This document shows positions 10,279 to 19,514 of a stretch of DNA of 49,428 bases, piece by piece. A program made the position numbers and the translations under genes. This DNA comes from Candidatus Sysuiplasma jiujiangense (GTDB lineage Archaea > Thermoplasmatota > Thermoplasmata > Sysuiplasmatales > Sysuiplasmataceae). Each line of letters starts with the position of its first letter. Position 1 is the stretch's first letter. A model generated the notes under the pieces. That model made no database searches and was not told where the DNA came from. It saw nothing but the letters and a program-made list of their open reading frames with translations. The stretch covers positions 62,001 to 111,428 of the forward strand of contig JAHEAD010000005.1 of the NCBI GenBank assembly GCA_019721075.1. Reading direction: 5' to 3'.

Positions 10279-10827
10279 TCAATCGTCGTAGGCAGGTGCA
10301 TTTTCGCTTCTGCCTTCGATGTGGTTTGCATATCTGGCAGCAACATGCAGGAAATCGGCAAGACGGTTTATGTATCGTAATATCTCCGGATTGAACCCTT
10401 CTTTCGATGAAGCCGAAACGAGGCGCCGTTCAGTTCTCCTCGATATCGCCCTTGCCATGTGCAGGGATGCTCCTCCCCTGCCTCCTCCGGGCAGTATGAA
10501 CGTTTTCTGTTCAGGCATCCTCGCAAGCATCCCATCTATTTCCCTTTCTAGTCTCTCGGTCATTACCGGCTTTACATGAGGTATGCCGGGTATGTTCTTT
10601 CCTGTTGAGTTAAGATCCGCACCAAGTGTAAAAAGTTCGCTCTGAATCCTCTTCAGTATGGCAGACAGCAGACCATCCTTTACGTCTTCAATCGAAATGC
10701 CAATTGCACTATTCAGTTCATCCACTGCACCGAGTGCTTCCACCACCGGATCTGTTTTCTTCACTCTCTCTCCGGTTATCAGGCTGGTTTCGCCTTTATC
10801 ACCGGTTCTTGTGTAAACCCTGGGCAT
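10279..10827 (-). CDS. pduO: ATP:cob(I)alamin adenosyltransferase, PduO type
   Basis: VYTRTGDKGET, GAVDELNS, FILPGG, RAISRRTER, YINRLAD. Confidence 0.95.
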   Translation of the reverse strand: MPRVYTRTGDKGETSLITGERVKKTDPVVEALGAVDELNSAIGISIEDVKDGLLSAILKRIQSELFTLGADLNSTGKNIPGIPHVKPVMTERLEREIDGMLARMPEQKTFILPGGGRGGASLHMARAISRRTERRLVSASSKEGFNPEILRYINRLADFLHVAARYANHIEGRSENAPAYDD

Positions 10828-10842
10828 ACGGAAATTATCCTC

Positions 10843-11256
10843 TCACAACAGCGGTATGAGATAATGATCCACCGATATTGCTCCTGCTCCGAGGAAGAAA
10901 AGAGCAAGACCGACTGCCAGATATGCGACGCTGCTCTCATATCCGTAAAGATATCCTTTTTTCATTACTCGGGCATACAGATATAAGGCACCAATTGCCT
11001 CAAGCGCCACAAGCAGTCCGATAATCTGCGTTCCCGCCCCCAATATTAGCAGTATCCCTGCAATGAACTGAAAATAACCTACCAGCAACGTTACGGGCCC
11101 GGGAATACCCCTCCCCCGCATGCTGTCTATGATGCTCTCCCTTCTCGACCCCATTTTGGGATAACCATGCGCAATCAGTGCAAATCCGATAGCGACTCTG
11201 AGCACAAGCAGGCCATAATCCTGCAGACCCTGGATGATTAAATATGAACCGGCCAA
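10843..11256 (-). CDS. DoxX family membrane protein
   Basis: LLVLRVAIGFALIAHGYPKM, GYE, GAGAISVD. Likely TTG start at 11256 after AAAGGTG. Confidence 0.88.
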   Translation of the reverse strand: MAGSYLIIQGLQDYGLLVLRVAIGFALIAHGYPKMGSRRESIIDSMRGRGIPGPVTLLVGYFQFIAGILLILGAGTQIIGLLVALEAIGALYLYARVMKKGYLYGYESSVAYLAVGLALFFLGAGAISVDHYLIPLL

Positions 11257-11693
11257 TCGAACACCTTTTAGAACCCGAATGACTGCGAATGTCATGGCTG
11301 TATATTGAACTTTTGGAGTATGAACTGTCACCTCAGGCAAGCAGTGTCTGCCTGCTCCCGTCTTAGAATGCCTTGCGGTAAAACTCCAGGCTTATCGGAA
11401 AATGAAAACCGGCCTTCCGGATTAAACGGCCTCTACGCCTATGCAGCAATGCACTTTCCGATGTATTTAGTTTACAGTTACAGGCACCACACGGGCTCAC
11501 TGCTCAATCAGGAAAGGAAACCTTTGTCCTGACAGGACGGGCCGAAGTTTCTCCTGATTCCTGCACCTGAGCATAAGCTATGTTTGTGAAATGCAAAAAG
11601 GGTTCTGTTGCGTCTTCGGGACTCAACGTCGAACAGGTGCCTGAACCTCATTGGGTGCCGAACACGAATATAGTACGGTATTGGAGCCGCATT

Positions 11694-11710
11694 GAAATAA
11701 TTTTATATAG
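11694..11710 (+). promoter_or_regulatory. Putative archaeal BRE/TATA promoter of cdc48
   Basis: GAAATAATTTTATATAG about 40 nt upstream of ATG 11747. Confidence 0.5.
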
Positions 11711-11746
11711 TAGTGCAAACATATTTTTATTCGGAATTGTGTTTTT

Positions 11747-13948
11747 ATGAAGCGGGACGAAAAGATACTGAGGGTTGCAGAAGCAAGGACCTACGACGTC
11801 GGAACCGGATTAGTGAGGCTCGACAGCCAAATAATGCGTATTCTCAATCTTTCACAAGGTGACTATGTCCAGATAACGGGCAGAAGAAGAACAGCTGCCA
11901 TACTCGGCTCCAGCCTGCCGGAGGATGAGAACCGGGGAGTTATCAGAATGGACGGAATACAGCGCAGAAATGCTGGCGCATCCCTGGACGATAAAATAGG
12001 CATCACCAAGATACTTCCCAAGCAATGTAGCAAGGTTACCGTTGCGCCCCTTGAAGAGCTGAAGCTTTCAGGTGCAGAAGAATACGTTTCAACCGTGCTG
12101 GACGGCAAGGTAATTTCCAAGGGGGACGTATTTCAGCTCAACGTAATGGGCAATAAGGTGGAGCTGATGGTCACAGGGTTTGTGCCGAGCGGTCCCGCGG
12201 CTATAGTTTCTCGAGGTACCAAGATTATCATATCTGCGAAAGCCGTAAAGGAGCCGGTATCGGCAGCCTCCAAGGTTTCCTACGAGGATATTGGCGGCCT
12301 TGAAGGCGAGGTCAAGAAGGTCAGGGAGATGATAGAACTCCCGCTGAAACATCCTGAGCTGTTCGAGAGACTTGGAGTTGAGGCACCGAAGGGCGTTCTA
12401 CTGCACGGTCCTCCAGGAACGGGAAAAACACTGCTGGCGAAGGCAGTTGCCAGCGAGACGAATGCAAATTTCACCAGTATCGGCGGCCCGGAGATAATGA
12501 GCAAATTCTATGGCGAGAGTGAGGAACGGCTGCGTGAGATATTCAAGCAGGCTGAGGAGAATGCTCCGAGCATCATATTCATCGATGAGATAGACAGCAT
12601 TGCACCCAAGAGAGACGAAGTTACAGGCGAGACGGAGAGGAGAGTGGTTGCCCAGCTGCTCGCACTCATGGACGGGCTGGAGAGCAGAGGCAAGGTCGTC
12701 GTAATAGGGGCAACGAACAGGCCCAACGCAATCGACGCAGCACTGAGGAGACCGGGCCGTTTTGACAGGGAGATAGAAATAGGTGTTCCTGACAAGAAGA
12801 GCCGGCTGGAAATACTTCAGATACACACGAGGGGCATGCCGATGTCTGATGATGTAAATCTTCAAAAGCTGGCCGAAATGACCCACGGGTATGTGGGTGC
12901 AGATCTCTGGGCGCTTTGCAAGGAGGCCGCTATACGATCGCTGAGAAAGATTCTTCCTGCAATCGATATAGATTCAGACACGATTCCTGCAGATGTACTG
13001 CGTTCACTTAAAGTAACAATGGATGATTTTACGGCGGCCTTCAGGGAAATGTCGCCTTCTGGTCTTCGTGAAGTTCTCGTTGAAAAACCAAACGTCACAT
13101 GGGATGATATCGGCGGTCTTCATGAACTGAAGGAAGAGCTCCAGCAGGCTATAGAATGGCCAATGAAATACGGAGTCGCATTCGAAAAACTGGATGTCCA
13201 GCCTCCAAGGGGGATTCTACTGCATGGTCCTCCAGGAACGGGAAAGACACTGCTGGCGAAGGCTGTCGCTCACGAAAGTGAAGCAAACTTCATAAATGTA
13301 AAGGGACCGGAATTCCTGAGCAAATGGGTGGGCGAAAGTGAGAAGGCCGTAAGGGAAACTTTTCGCAAGGCGCGTCAGGCCGCTCCCTGTGTTATATTTA
13401 TAGATGAAATCGACGCGATTGTTCCGATGAGAGGCAGTGGGGTTGGTGACGCTCAGGTTACCGAAAGGGTGGTCAGCCAGCTGCTTACCGAGCTCGACGG
13501 CCTTGAAGAACTGCACGGCGTTTCCGTTATAGCAGCAACAAACAGACCTGATATCATAGATCCTGCACTTCTCCGGCCCGGAAGATTCGACAGGCTGATA
13601 TATGTCCCCCTTCCGGATCAGGCTTCCAGAAAGGCGATTCTTGCGATACACACAGGGAAAAAGCCTCTTTCAAAGGACGTCTCCATCGAAAGACTGGCTG
13701 AAAAGATGGAAAACTACACAGGCGCAGAAATTGCAGCAGTCTGCAATCAGGCTGCAATGATTGCCATGAAAAAATACATTGATCAGAAAGGAAAGATCGA
13801 TGAAGAGTCCCTTTCAGCGGTGAAAGTAACAAATAAGGACTTTGATGAGGCAATGAAAAAAGTTAAACCGCTGTCAAAGGAAGATATCTCCCGCTACGCA
13901 GAAATGAGCAAGAAATTCAAATCTGATGAACCATTTCCGGAACCGTGA
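11747..13948 (+). CDS. cdc48: CDC48/VAT family double-ring AAA+ ATPase
   Basis: N-domain, two Walker A (GPPGTGKT), two Walker B (FIDEID), two SRH motifs ([18 protein letters not shown]). Confidence 0.97.
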   Translation: MKRDEKILRVAEARTYDVGTGLVRLDSQIMRILNLSQGDYVQITGRRRTAAILGSSLPEDENRGVIRMDGIQRRNAGASLDDKIGITKILPKQCSKVTVAPLEELKLSGAEEYVSTVLDGKVISKGDVFQLNVMGNKVELMVTGFVPSGPAAIVSRGTKIIISAKAVKEPVSAASKVSYEDIGGLEGEVKKVREMIELPLKHPELFERLGVEAPKGVLLHGPPGTGKTLLAKAVASETNANFTSIGGPEIMSKFYGESEERLREIFKQAEENAPSIIFIDEIDSIAPKRDEVTGETERRVVAQLLALMDGLESRGKVVVIGATNRPNAIDAALRRPGRFDREIEIGVPDKKSRLEILQIHTRGMPMSDDVNLQKLAEMTHGYVGADLWALCKEAAIRSLRKILPAIDIDSDTIPADVLRSLKVTMDDFTAAFREMSPSGLREVLVEKPNVTWDDIGGLHELKEELQQAIEWPMKYGVAFEKLDVQPPRGILLHGPPGTGKTLLAKAVAHESEANFINVKGPEFLSKWVGESEKAVRETFRKARQAAPCVIFIDEIDAIVPMRGSGVGDAQVTERVVSQLLTELDGLEELHGVSVIAATNRPDIIDPALLRPGRFDRLIYVPLPDQASRKAILAIHTGKKPLSKDVSIERLAEKMENYTGAEIAAVCNQAAMIAMKKYIDQKGKIDEESLSAVKVTNKDFDEAMKKVKPLSKEDISRYAEMSKKFKSDEPFPEP

Positions 13949-15324
13949 ATAAGGTATACAGGGGAAGACTGGTAGTTGCGGGTCTTTCTTCTGGTTCAGG
14001 AAAGACCACGGTCGCTATGTCTGTAATGAACATTCTCCGCAGGAAAGGAATACCGGTGGCGCCCTTCAAAGTTGGCCCCGATTTTTTAGATACTAAGTAT
14101 CATCAGGTGGCAGCCGGCGCGCAGTCGACAAATATTGACGGTTTCATGACAAACGCCAGGTATATAACAGAAACCGTTGCTGCCAGTGAAGCGCGAGGAA
14201 TGCTTTCTGTTGTAGAGGGAATGATGGGTCTCTTTGACGGCGTCAGAGCAACGGGCGATTTTTCAAGCACAGCCTGGATAGCCAGGCTGCTGAGCGCTCC
14301 GGTCATTTTATGCATGGATGTGTCGGCGACGATGAGAACTGCAGCCTACACCGCCCTTGGATTGAAGAGGATATCAGAGAGCTTTGGAATCGAAATTGCC
14401 GGTGTTATACTCAACAAAGTCGGAGGAATGGCACATTTTGACGGCTGCCGATCTGCCTTTTTGAACGCCGGTATTGATGTACTCGGCGGTCTGCCATATT
14501 CGGCTTCCTTCAGCATTCCTGAAATTCACCTGGGACTGAAGGTTCCAGCAAACATGCGTCGAATACGTGCACAAATCGATGCAATGTCGGACGAACTGGC
14601 TGAAACCTTCGATTTGAAGAAGTTGCTCCTGATCGCGGGCAGTGCACCGGAGCTCAGGACCGCAAGATCATCGCCGGCAGTAAAACCTGTGGTAAAGATA
14701 GGTGTCGCTTCAGATCCGGCATTCAATTTCTACTATGCAGACAACATTAATCTTCTGAAATCGGCGGGTGCAGCAATCTGCAACTTTTCGCCTTTGCAGG
14801 ACAGCAGTCTCGACGAGTTCGACGGCCTATACATAGGAGGAGGATATCCTGAACTATACGTGCCGGAAATCACCGGGAACGGGCGAATGCTGAATAGTCT
14901 GAAAGAGAAGGCTGAAAGCGGGATGCCGATTTATGCCGAGTGCGGTGGATTCATGCTACTCTGCAGAGATATAAAGATCGGCAGGACAAAGCACAGAATG
15001 GCCGGAATATTTGACGCCACTGTAGAAATGGCTTCAAGCCCGGTGATAGGTTACAGAAAAATAAGAACTCTGTCTGAAACGCCTCTTGGGCCACCGAAAA
15101 CAACGTCGCGGGGGCATGAATTTCATTATGCACGTATAGTTGACGGAGGATCGGGAAAGAACGATGCACCGTTTGAGGTCCTGGCCGGAAAAGGGGACAA
15201 ATGGAGCAATAAGGGATACGTTTTTCACGGTACTGTAGGCTCGTTCATCCACATACATTTCGGTTCAAACAGGCAATTGGCAAAGAACTTTGTCGGTGCA
15301 TGTCTGGAATACAGTCGCAGTTAA
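13945..15324 (+). CDS. cbiA: Cobyrinate a,c-diamide synthase (CbiA/CobB)
   Basis: [54 protein letters not shown] overlap with cdc48. Confidence 0.93.
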   Translation: MNKVYRGRLVVAGLSSGSGKTTVAMSVMNILRRKGIPVAPFKVGPDFLDTKYHQVAAGAQSTNIDGFMTNARYITETVAASEARGMLSVVEGMMGLFDGVRATGDFSSTAWIARLLSAPVILCMDVSATMRTAAYTALGLKRISESFGIEIAGVILNKVGGMAHFDGCRSAFLNAGIDVLGGLPYSASFSIPEIHLGLKVPANMRRIRAQIDAMSDELAETFDLKKLLLIAGSAPELRTARSSPAVKPVVKIGVASDPAFNFYYADNINLLKSAGAAICNFSPLQDSSLDEFDGLYIGGGYPELYVPEITGNGRMLNSLKEKAESGMPIYAECGGFMLLCRDIKIGRTKHRMAGIFDATVEMASSPVIGYRKIRTLSETPLGPPKTTSRGHEFHYARIVDGGSGKNDAPFEVLAGKGDKWSNKGYVFHGTVGSFIHIHFGSNRQLAKNFVGACLEYSRS

Positions 15325-15549
15325 ACAGCGAATCAGACTGATTTTTGCCAGGGTGCCGCGGTTGAACCGGCGACCCGTTAAATCATGCAAATCCGAAGTT
15401 TTGTGGATACGTGCGTTTTGCCATTGGCGCCTGTTGGATCAAAAAGATTGCACCCATACGCAGCCCCACATTACTGCAAGCTGCCTTGAAAACATGAACA
15501 CTTCCGATACCGTTACCTATTTGTATGATTTTAATTCTGAGAATGAAGC

Positions 15550-15879
15550 ATGAAGAATTTGACCATACATGACTTCGATGGTAACAGTTACCGCGGAGCC
15601 GAAAAGACAGTTGTGCTGTTTCATGCCAGATGGTGTCCTTACTGCAGAAAATTTGTTTCCGGTTATGAAAAACTGGTCAGAAATCTGCCTATGGATGCGG
15701 CTCTCGCCGACATATCAGACACCGAAAGTGAGCTATGGGATAACTTTTTGATTGAAGTTATTCCCACGGCAATTATGTTTGAAAATGGCAAAATTGTTTC
15801 ACGGCTTGACGGTATACCAGGTATAGGCCTCCGAGACGCAGATTTTAAAGTGTTTGTGGGTGATGCGTCTCACGGCTGA
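15550..15879 (+). CDS. Thioredoxin family protein
   Basis: FHARWCPYC active site, cis-Pro IPT, FENGK. Confidence 0.9.
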   Translation: MKNLTIHDFDGNSYRGAEKTVVLFHARWCPYCRKFVSGYEKLVRNLPMDAALADISDTESELWDNFLIEVIPTAIMFENGKIVSRLDGIPGIGLRDADFKVFVGDASHG

Positions 15880-15921
15880 TGCATAAGCCGGGTGCCTGTC
15901 AGTGACTGCGGTGTGATATTG

Positions 15922-16155
15922 ATGGCTGAAAACAATGAAGAAATTCTGTCAATGCTCAGGAGTGAAATTTCGAACATCTACAGGAAGATCGAAGCGCTGG
16001 AAAACTCCGTGGATTCTTTTTCAAAAACCGTTCAGGAGAATAACAGGATGCTCACCTCTCTCGTGTCCGCCTTGCAGCAGATGGGCGTTCTTTCCCAACC
16101 CTATGTCAAGTCTGTAGAGAAAGGGGATAAGCCGGCAGACCGTGCATACTATTGA
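15922..16155 (+). CDS. Small coiled-coil hypothetical protein (77 aa)
   Basis: ATG 15922 after GGTGTGA. Heptad pattern (LRSEISNIYRKIEALENSVDSF), C-terminus ...DRAYY. Confidence 0.7.
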   Translation: MAENNEEILSMLRSEISNIYRKIEALENSVDSFSKTVQENNRMLTSLVSALQQMGVLSQPYVKSVEKGDKPADRAYY

Positions 16156-16352
16156 ATTCTAGCTAATCCCTGCTCTGAGATCATACCTAATTTTAATTGC
16201 CTTTCTAAATAAAAGCCCGTTGAAATTCATGAAGTTTCTGTTTTAATGTTTCTCGGCATTTCACCAAACAGCCGAGGCGTGAAATTGCCGTAAAACAAAA
16301 ACATTTCCGAGAAGCTCGGTCGTATGTGATGTACGGCGATGCAAGCCTGCAT

Positions 16353-16559
16353 TCATATGTTGCGTCTGGCTGCACCATAAATTATCATTATGAATCCGAC
16401 AAAACCAAGTCCCAGCGCAACCCAGCTCGATATCTGATGCGGACCGATCAGCGAATTAATGGTCGGAAAAAGCTGGTAGAAATCGAAAAGAGGAGAGGCT
16501 ACGACGAGCAATACTATGCCGGCGGCAATTATGAGCAGATCGGTTCTGTCATCCTTCAA
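16353..16559 (-). CDS. Small 2-TM membrane protein (last gene of the Rieske/cyt b operon)
   Basis: 68 aa, TTGA overlap with the upstream ORF, two hydrophobic helices. Confidence 0.7.
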   Translation of the reverse strand: MKDDRTDLLIIAAGIVLLVVASPLFDFYQLFPTINSLIGPHQISSWVALGLGFVGFIMIIYGAARRNI

Positions 16560-16894
16560 ACCAGGCTCACCCCTATGAGTCCGTACGCAAACGCATACAG
16601 TATTATCGGAAACAGCAGCGTGATCCAGGACATCTTCAGTTTGGCTCTTCTGGCAAGGATAAGCGATACAAGAAACAATATGAGGGAAAGTGTTGTGAAG
16701 AAAAGCGCAATTGTTTCGAGTCCGACGAGAAAGTTGTAAAAATTGCCGAATATGGGTGATGTCATTGAATGCGTTTGTTCGTGGTATAGGGCAACAACAG
16801 GCTCGATCACAGCAGCAAACATAATGACTGCTATGGAACCGATTATGAACACTATCATGGACAGGTAATATGCCATAAGTGCATTATTTTCCAT
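16556..16894 (-). CDS. Small 3-TM membrane protein
   Basis: ATG 16894 after GGTGGTGG, 11-nt overlap with the upstream ORF, 112 aa. Confidence 0.75.
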   Translation of the reverse strand: MENNALMAYYLSMIVFIIGSIAVIMFAAVIEPVVALYHEQTHSMTSPIFGNFYNFLVGLETIALFFTTLSLILFLVSLILARRAKLKMSWITLLFPIILYAFAYGLIGVSLV

Positions 16895-17078
16895 AACCAC
16901 CACCTGCAAAAAACCTCATCGCCATCAGTAATATTGACGCTGTAAGAATGAATTCTACACCCAGCATTATTGCCCATGCCGACTGATATCTTACCGGGTT
17001 CAGCAGGGAGATATACCACATGCCAAACGCTATCACAACCTGCACTGCAACTATGAGGTAAAGCAGCCTGTTATTCAC
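16884..17078 (-). CDS. Small 2-TM membrane protein
   Basis: GTG at 17078 overlaps the cyt b TGA (GTGA). MNNRLLYLIVAVQVVIAFGMWY..., 64 aa. Confidence 0.75.
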   Translation of the reverse strand: MNNRLLYLIVAVQVVIAFGMWYISLLNPVRYQSAWAIMLGVEFILTASILLMAMRFFAGGGYGK

Positions 17079-18262
17079 TGCTTCACCGCCCGCGAACTCA
17101 GATCCTTCTTGGCGTGCCTCATAGCGTAAACCGGCACGATAGAGCAGAATGTCAGGGCATAAAGCATCAAGAGCGTCAGTGGTCTTGTTTGAGACAGTCC
17201 CGGCTGCACGTAACCCCACAGACCAACGACCAGCCAGAAGAGGATGATAAATACTCCCATGAATGTCATCATCGGTCTCTCAAGCGGTCCGTTCTCCTTG
17301 TATCTGTCGATAAATGGTACGAGTATGAGGTATAGAAGAAGTGCAAACACCAGCGGGACTCCCCCGGTAGAAAGTCCGAATCCAGCTACATCCATCAGTT
17401 TATAGACAGGCATCTCGTACCAGTCAGGAAACGGTGTCGTTCCGTATACCAGCTGTCCATATGCAGGCGGCAGCGTCTGTGGAATGAGTGCCGACGCAAT
17501 CAGAACACCCGCAACAAAAACCATCCCTATGAAGGCTGTGTAGAGGAGGTTTACCGGAAACCAGGGGATCTTCTTCTCATTATCGCTGGCGGAAGGATCG
17601 TATGGTCCCGATTTTTCATAAAGGAAAAAGTGGATGAAGACGAGAATCAGCAGTATAACGCTGAGTATCGCAGCATGCAGAACAAGCAGATGTTCCCATG
17701 ACTCCACAGTCGTACCATTACCGACCAGCACTGAAATCAGCCAGCCTGCAAGCCCAGGCGCCAGCCTGCCGATTATGCTACGCTGAAGAAGTATTTCCGA
17801 AACGTGCAGACCAAGAACGCTCTGTACCGACTCCGTAAGCATGTATCCCATCGCCGCAATGGTATTGACGAGGAGGAATATCACAACACCGATTATCCAC
17901 TGCAGCCATCTCCACTTTCCCCTGTATGCGCCTATGAAATACTGCCTGAACATGTGCAAATAGACCATCGCCACCATTGCATATGCCATGAACAGGTGTG
18001 ATGTCAGGAGTACTTCCCCGAACGGAACGGTGCCCATCAGCATAAGTGTTGAACTGTACGGACTTCCAGGCTGATAGTAGTAGGCAAGCAGTATTCCAGT
18101 GGCTATCTGGTAAATTAGTGCTGTGGCAAGGAAGGCACCGGTCCAGTAGTCGATGCGAAGCTCGTGCTTTCTGATTGGCCTTAGGTTTATTGAGAATGAA
18201 CCCTCCATTGGCGCATCGGGTTTTGCCAGTTCCATCAGATTGTACTCATTAGGTTCCCTCAA
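17075..18262 (-). CDS. Cytochrome b of a Rieske/cytochrome b complex (unsplit)
   Basis: Heme ligands SH-x13-HMFR and LH-x14-HF, PWFP, Qo motif PDWY. TTG start after GGTGA. Confidence 0.95.
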   Translation of the reverse strand: MREPNEYNLMELAKPDAPMEGSFSINLRPIRKHELRIDYWTGAFLATALIYQIATGILLAYYYQPGSPYSSTLMLMGTVPFGEVLLTSHLFMAYAMVAMVYLHMFRQYFIGAYRGKWRWLQWIIGVVIFLLVNTIAAMGYMLTESVQSVLGLHVSEILLQRSIIGRLAPGLAGWLISVLVGNGTTVESWEHLLVLHAAILSVILLILVFIHFFLYEKSGPYDPSASDNEKKIPWFPVNLLYTAFIGMVFVAGVLIASALIPQTLPPAYGQLVYGTTPFPDWYEMPVYKLMDVAGFGLSTGGVPLVFALLLYLILVPFIDRYKENGPLERPMMTFMGVFIILFWLVVGLWGYVQPGLSQTRPLTLLMLYALTFCSIVPVYAMRHAKKDLSSRAVKQ

Positions 18263-18284
18263 TTTTAATCACCACAATCCAGTT

Positions 18285-19211
18285 TCAGAAACTTCCAGGC
18301 CACGGTCCGTTCGAACTGCTGGCCACTATCGTCATGTACAGGGGTTTGTCGGCGGGTTTAATTTCCTGAGGCAGTGAAGGAAGAGGCGGTCCCTTGTACA
18401 GCGGAAGCAGGGTCCCGCCGGAAAGATTCTCATCCATAACCCTGGAACCATATTCCTCGCCTCCGGGCTCCTCAAGATGTGTTCTTATAACCGCATTCAC
18501 GGGGTTAATACCTATTGCATAAACATTGTCATCTGTATCAACGTAAAGAAGAACCTGCGGAAGCGAATGATTTGCAGGACTTGGCGCAGGTCCCGAATTA
18601 TAGAGGTTGTGTGGCCCCCTGGTAGGGTCATACTGGCTTCCATGGCACTTGCAAAACATGAGTCCGTACGGAGGCCAGTTTGTTTCATTATAGCCGATTA
18701 ACTTTGCTTCAAACGGAATGCTGTTGTGCGGATGATAATCAAGCAGCGGAACAACGCAGCCCAGATGCTGGCATATGCCGCTGAATGCTGTAATGTTGTT
18801 TCCCGGTCCGGCCCCATTGGGTATCTGAACACCATCAAGTTTCACCAGTATGTTGGGTTCGTCCTGCAGCGGATAATTGAACGCCATGATGGGATACGAA
18901 CTGCTTGCGGTGGTTGCGGGAGGAATAAGTGCCGATTTAATCGGTTTCCCCGAGCTATCGACAAGGACGGCCACCGGATAACCGTCAATGACCGGTGTGT
19001 ATCTTGTTTCAGGTGTAATAAACGTCTCAAAGGACAGTGCACCGAAAATCAGTGCTCCAGCGGATGCACCGGCGGCTTTAAGGAATGTTCTCCTTGTCTC
19101 GTCTTCAGGTGCTTTTCCGTCATTTTTAGTCTCCTCTTTTTCATGCAGTTTTTCATTTTTCTCAGGCATCTGACCGTTTCTCCCCTGAATAGGTCGATGT
19201 TTGTTATGCAT
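18285..19211 (-). CDS. Rieske [2Fe-2S] protein, archaeal SoxL/SoxF-like, Tat-exported
   Basis: TRRTFLK Tat motif plus TM, box I CQHLGC, box II CKCHGSQYD with a long inter-box insertion. Start could be a downstream Met. Confidence 0.95.
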   Translation of the reverse strand: MHNKHRPIQGRNGQMPEKNEKLHEKEETKNDGKAPEDETRRTFLKAAGASAGALIFGALSFETFITPETRYTPVIDGYPVAVLVDSSGKPIKSALIPPATTASSSYPIMAFNYPLQDEPNILVKLDGVQIPNGAGPGNNITAFSGICQHLGCVVPLLDYHPHNSIPFEAKLIGYNETNWPPYGLMFCKCHGSQYDPTRGPHNLYNSGPAPSPANHSLPQVLLYVDTDDNVYAIGINPVNAVIRTHLEEPGGEEYGSRVMDENLSGGTLLPLYKGPPLPSLPQEIKPADKPLYMTIVASSSNGPWPGSF

Positions 19212-19232
19212 CGCTCTTATTTATTGTATATC

Positions 19233-19280
19233 AATATGATTCCTAAAATGTTCAGGATTATCCTTATATGGAATCATATT
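19233..19280. promoter_or_regulatory. Nested inverted repeat in the divergent promoter region
   Basis: AATATGATTCC (19233-19243) and GGAATCATATT (19270-19280), with inner AGGAT-T-ATCCT (19254-19264). Confidence 0.45.
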
Positions 19281-19514
19281 CAACCTGAGATCACCGGGGC
19301 GCATGGAAGGTAAACGCCCGGAAAGAGATGAACTGAACGGCTATGCAGCAACCGGCGATTGCGCAAGAAGGTGGATGAGTGAAGATTGGTTCGGGTAGAA
19401 TTGTAAACCGGCTCCTTTCTATCGCGATTCTCGTTATCACTTTAATACTGAGCTCATCCAATCTGGGAAGGAAATGACATCGCGCGTCATTTGACATTTA
19501 GATTTGTGATATGA

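Noticed and set aside
11257..11746. Cobalamin riboswitch upstream of pduO
   Set aside because: No B12-box or GGGAA/GCCACTG core elements. Kept only as an unexplained structure.
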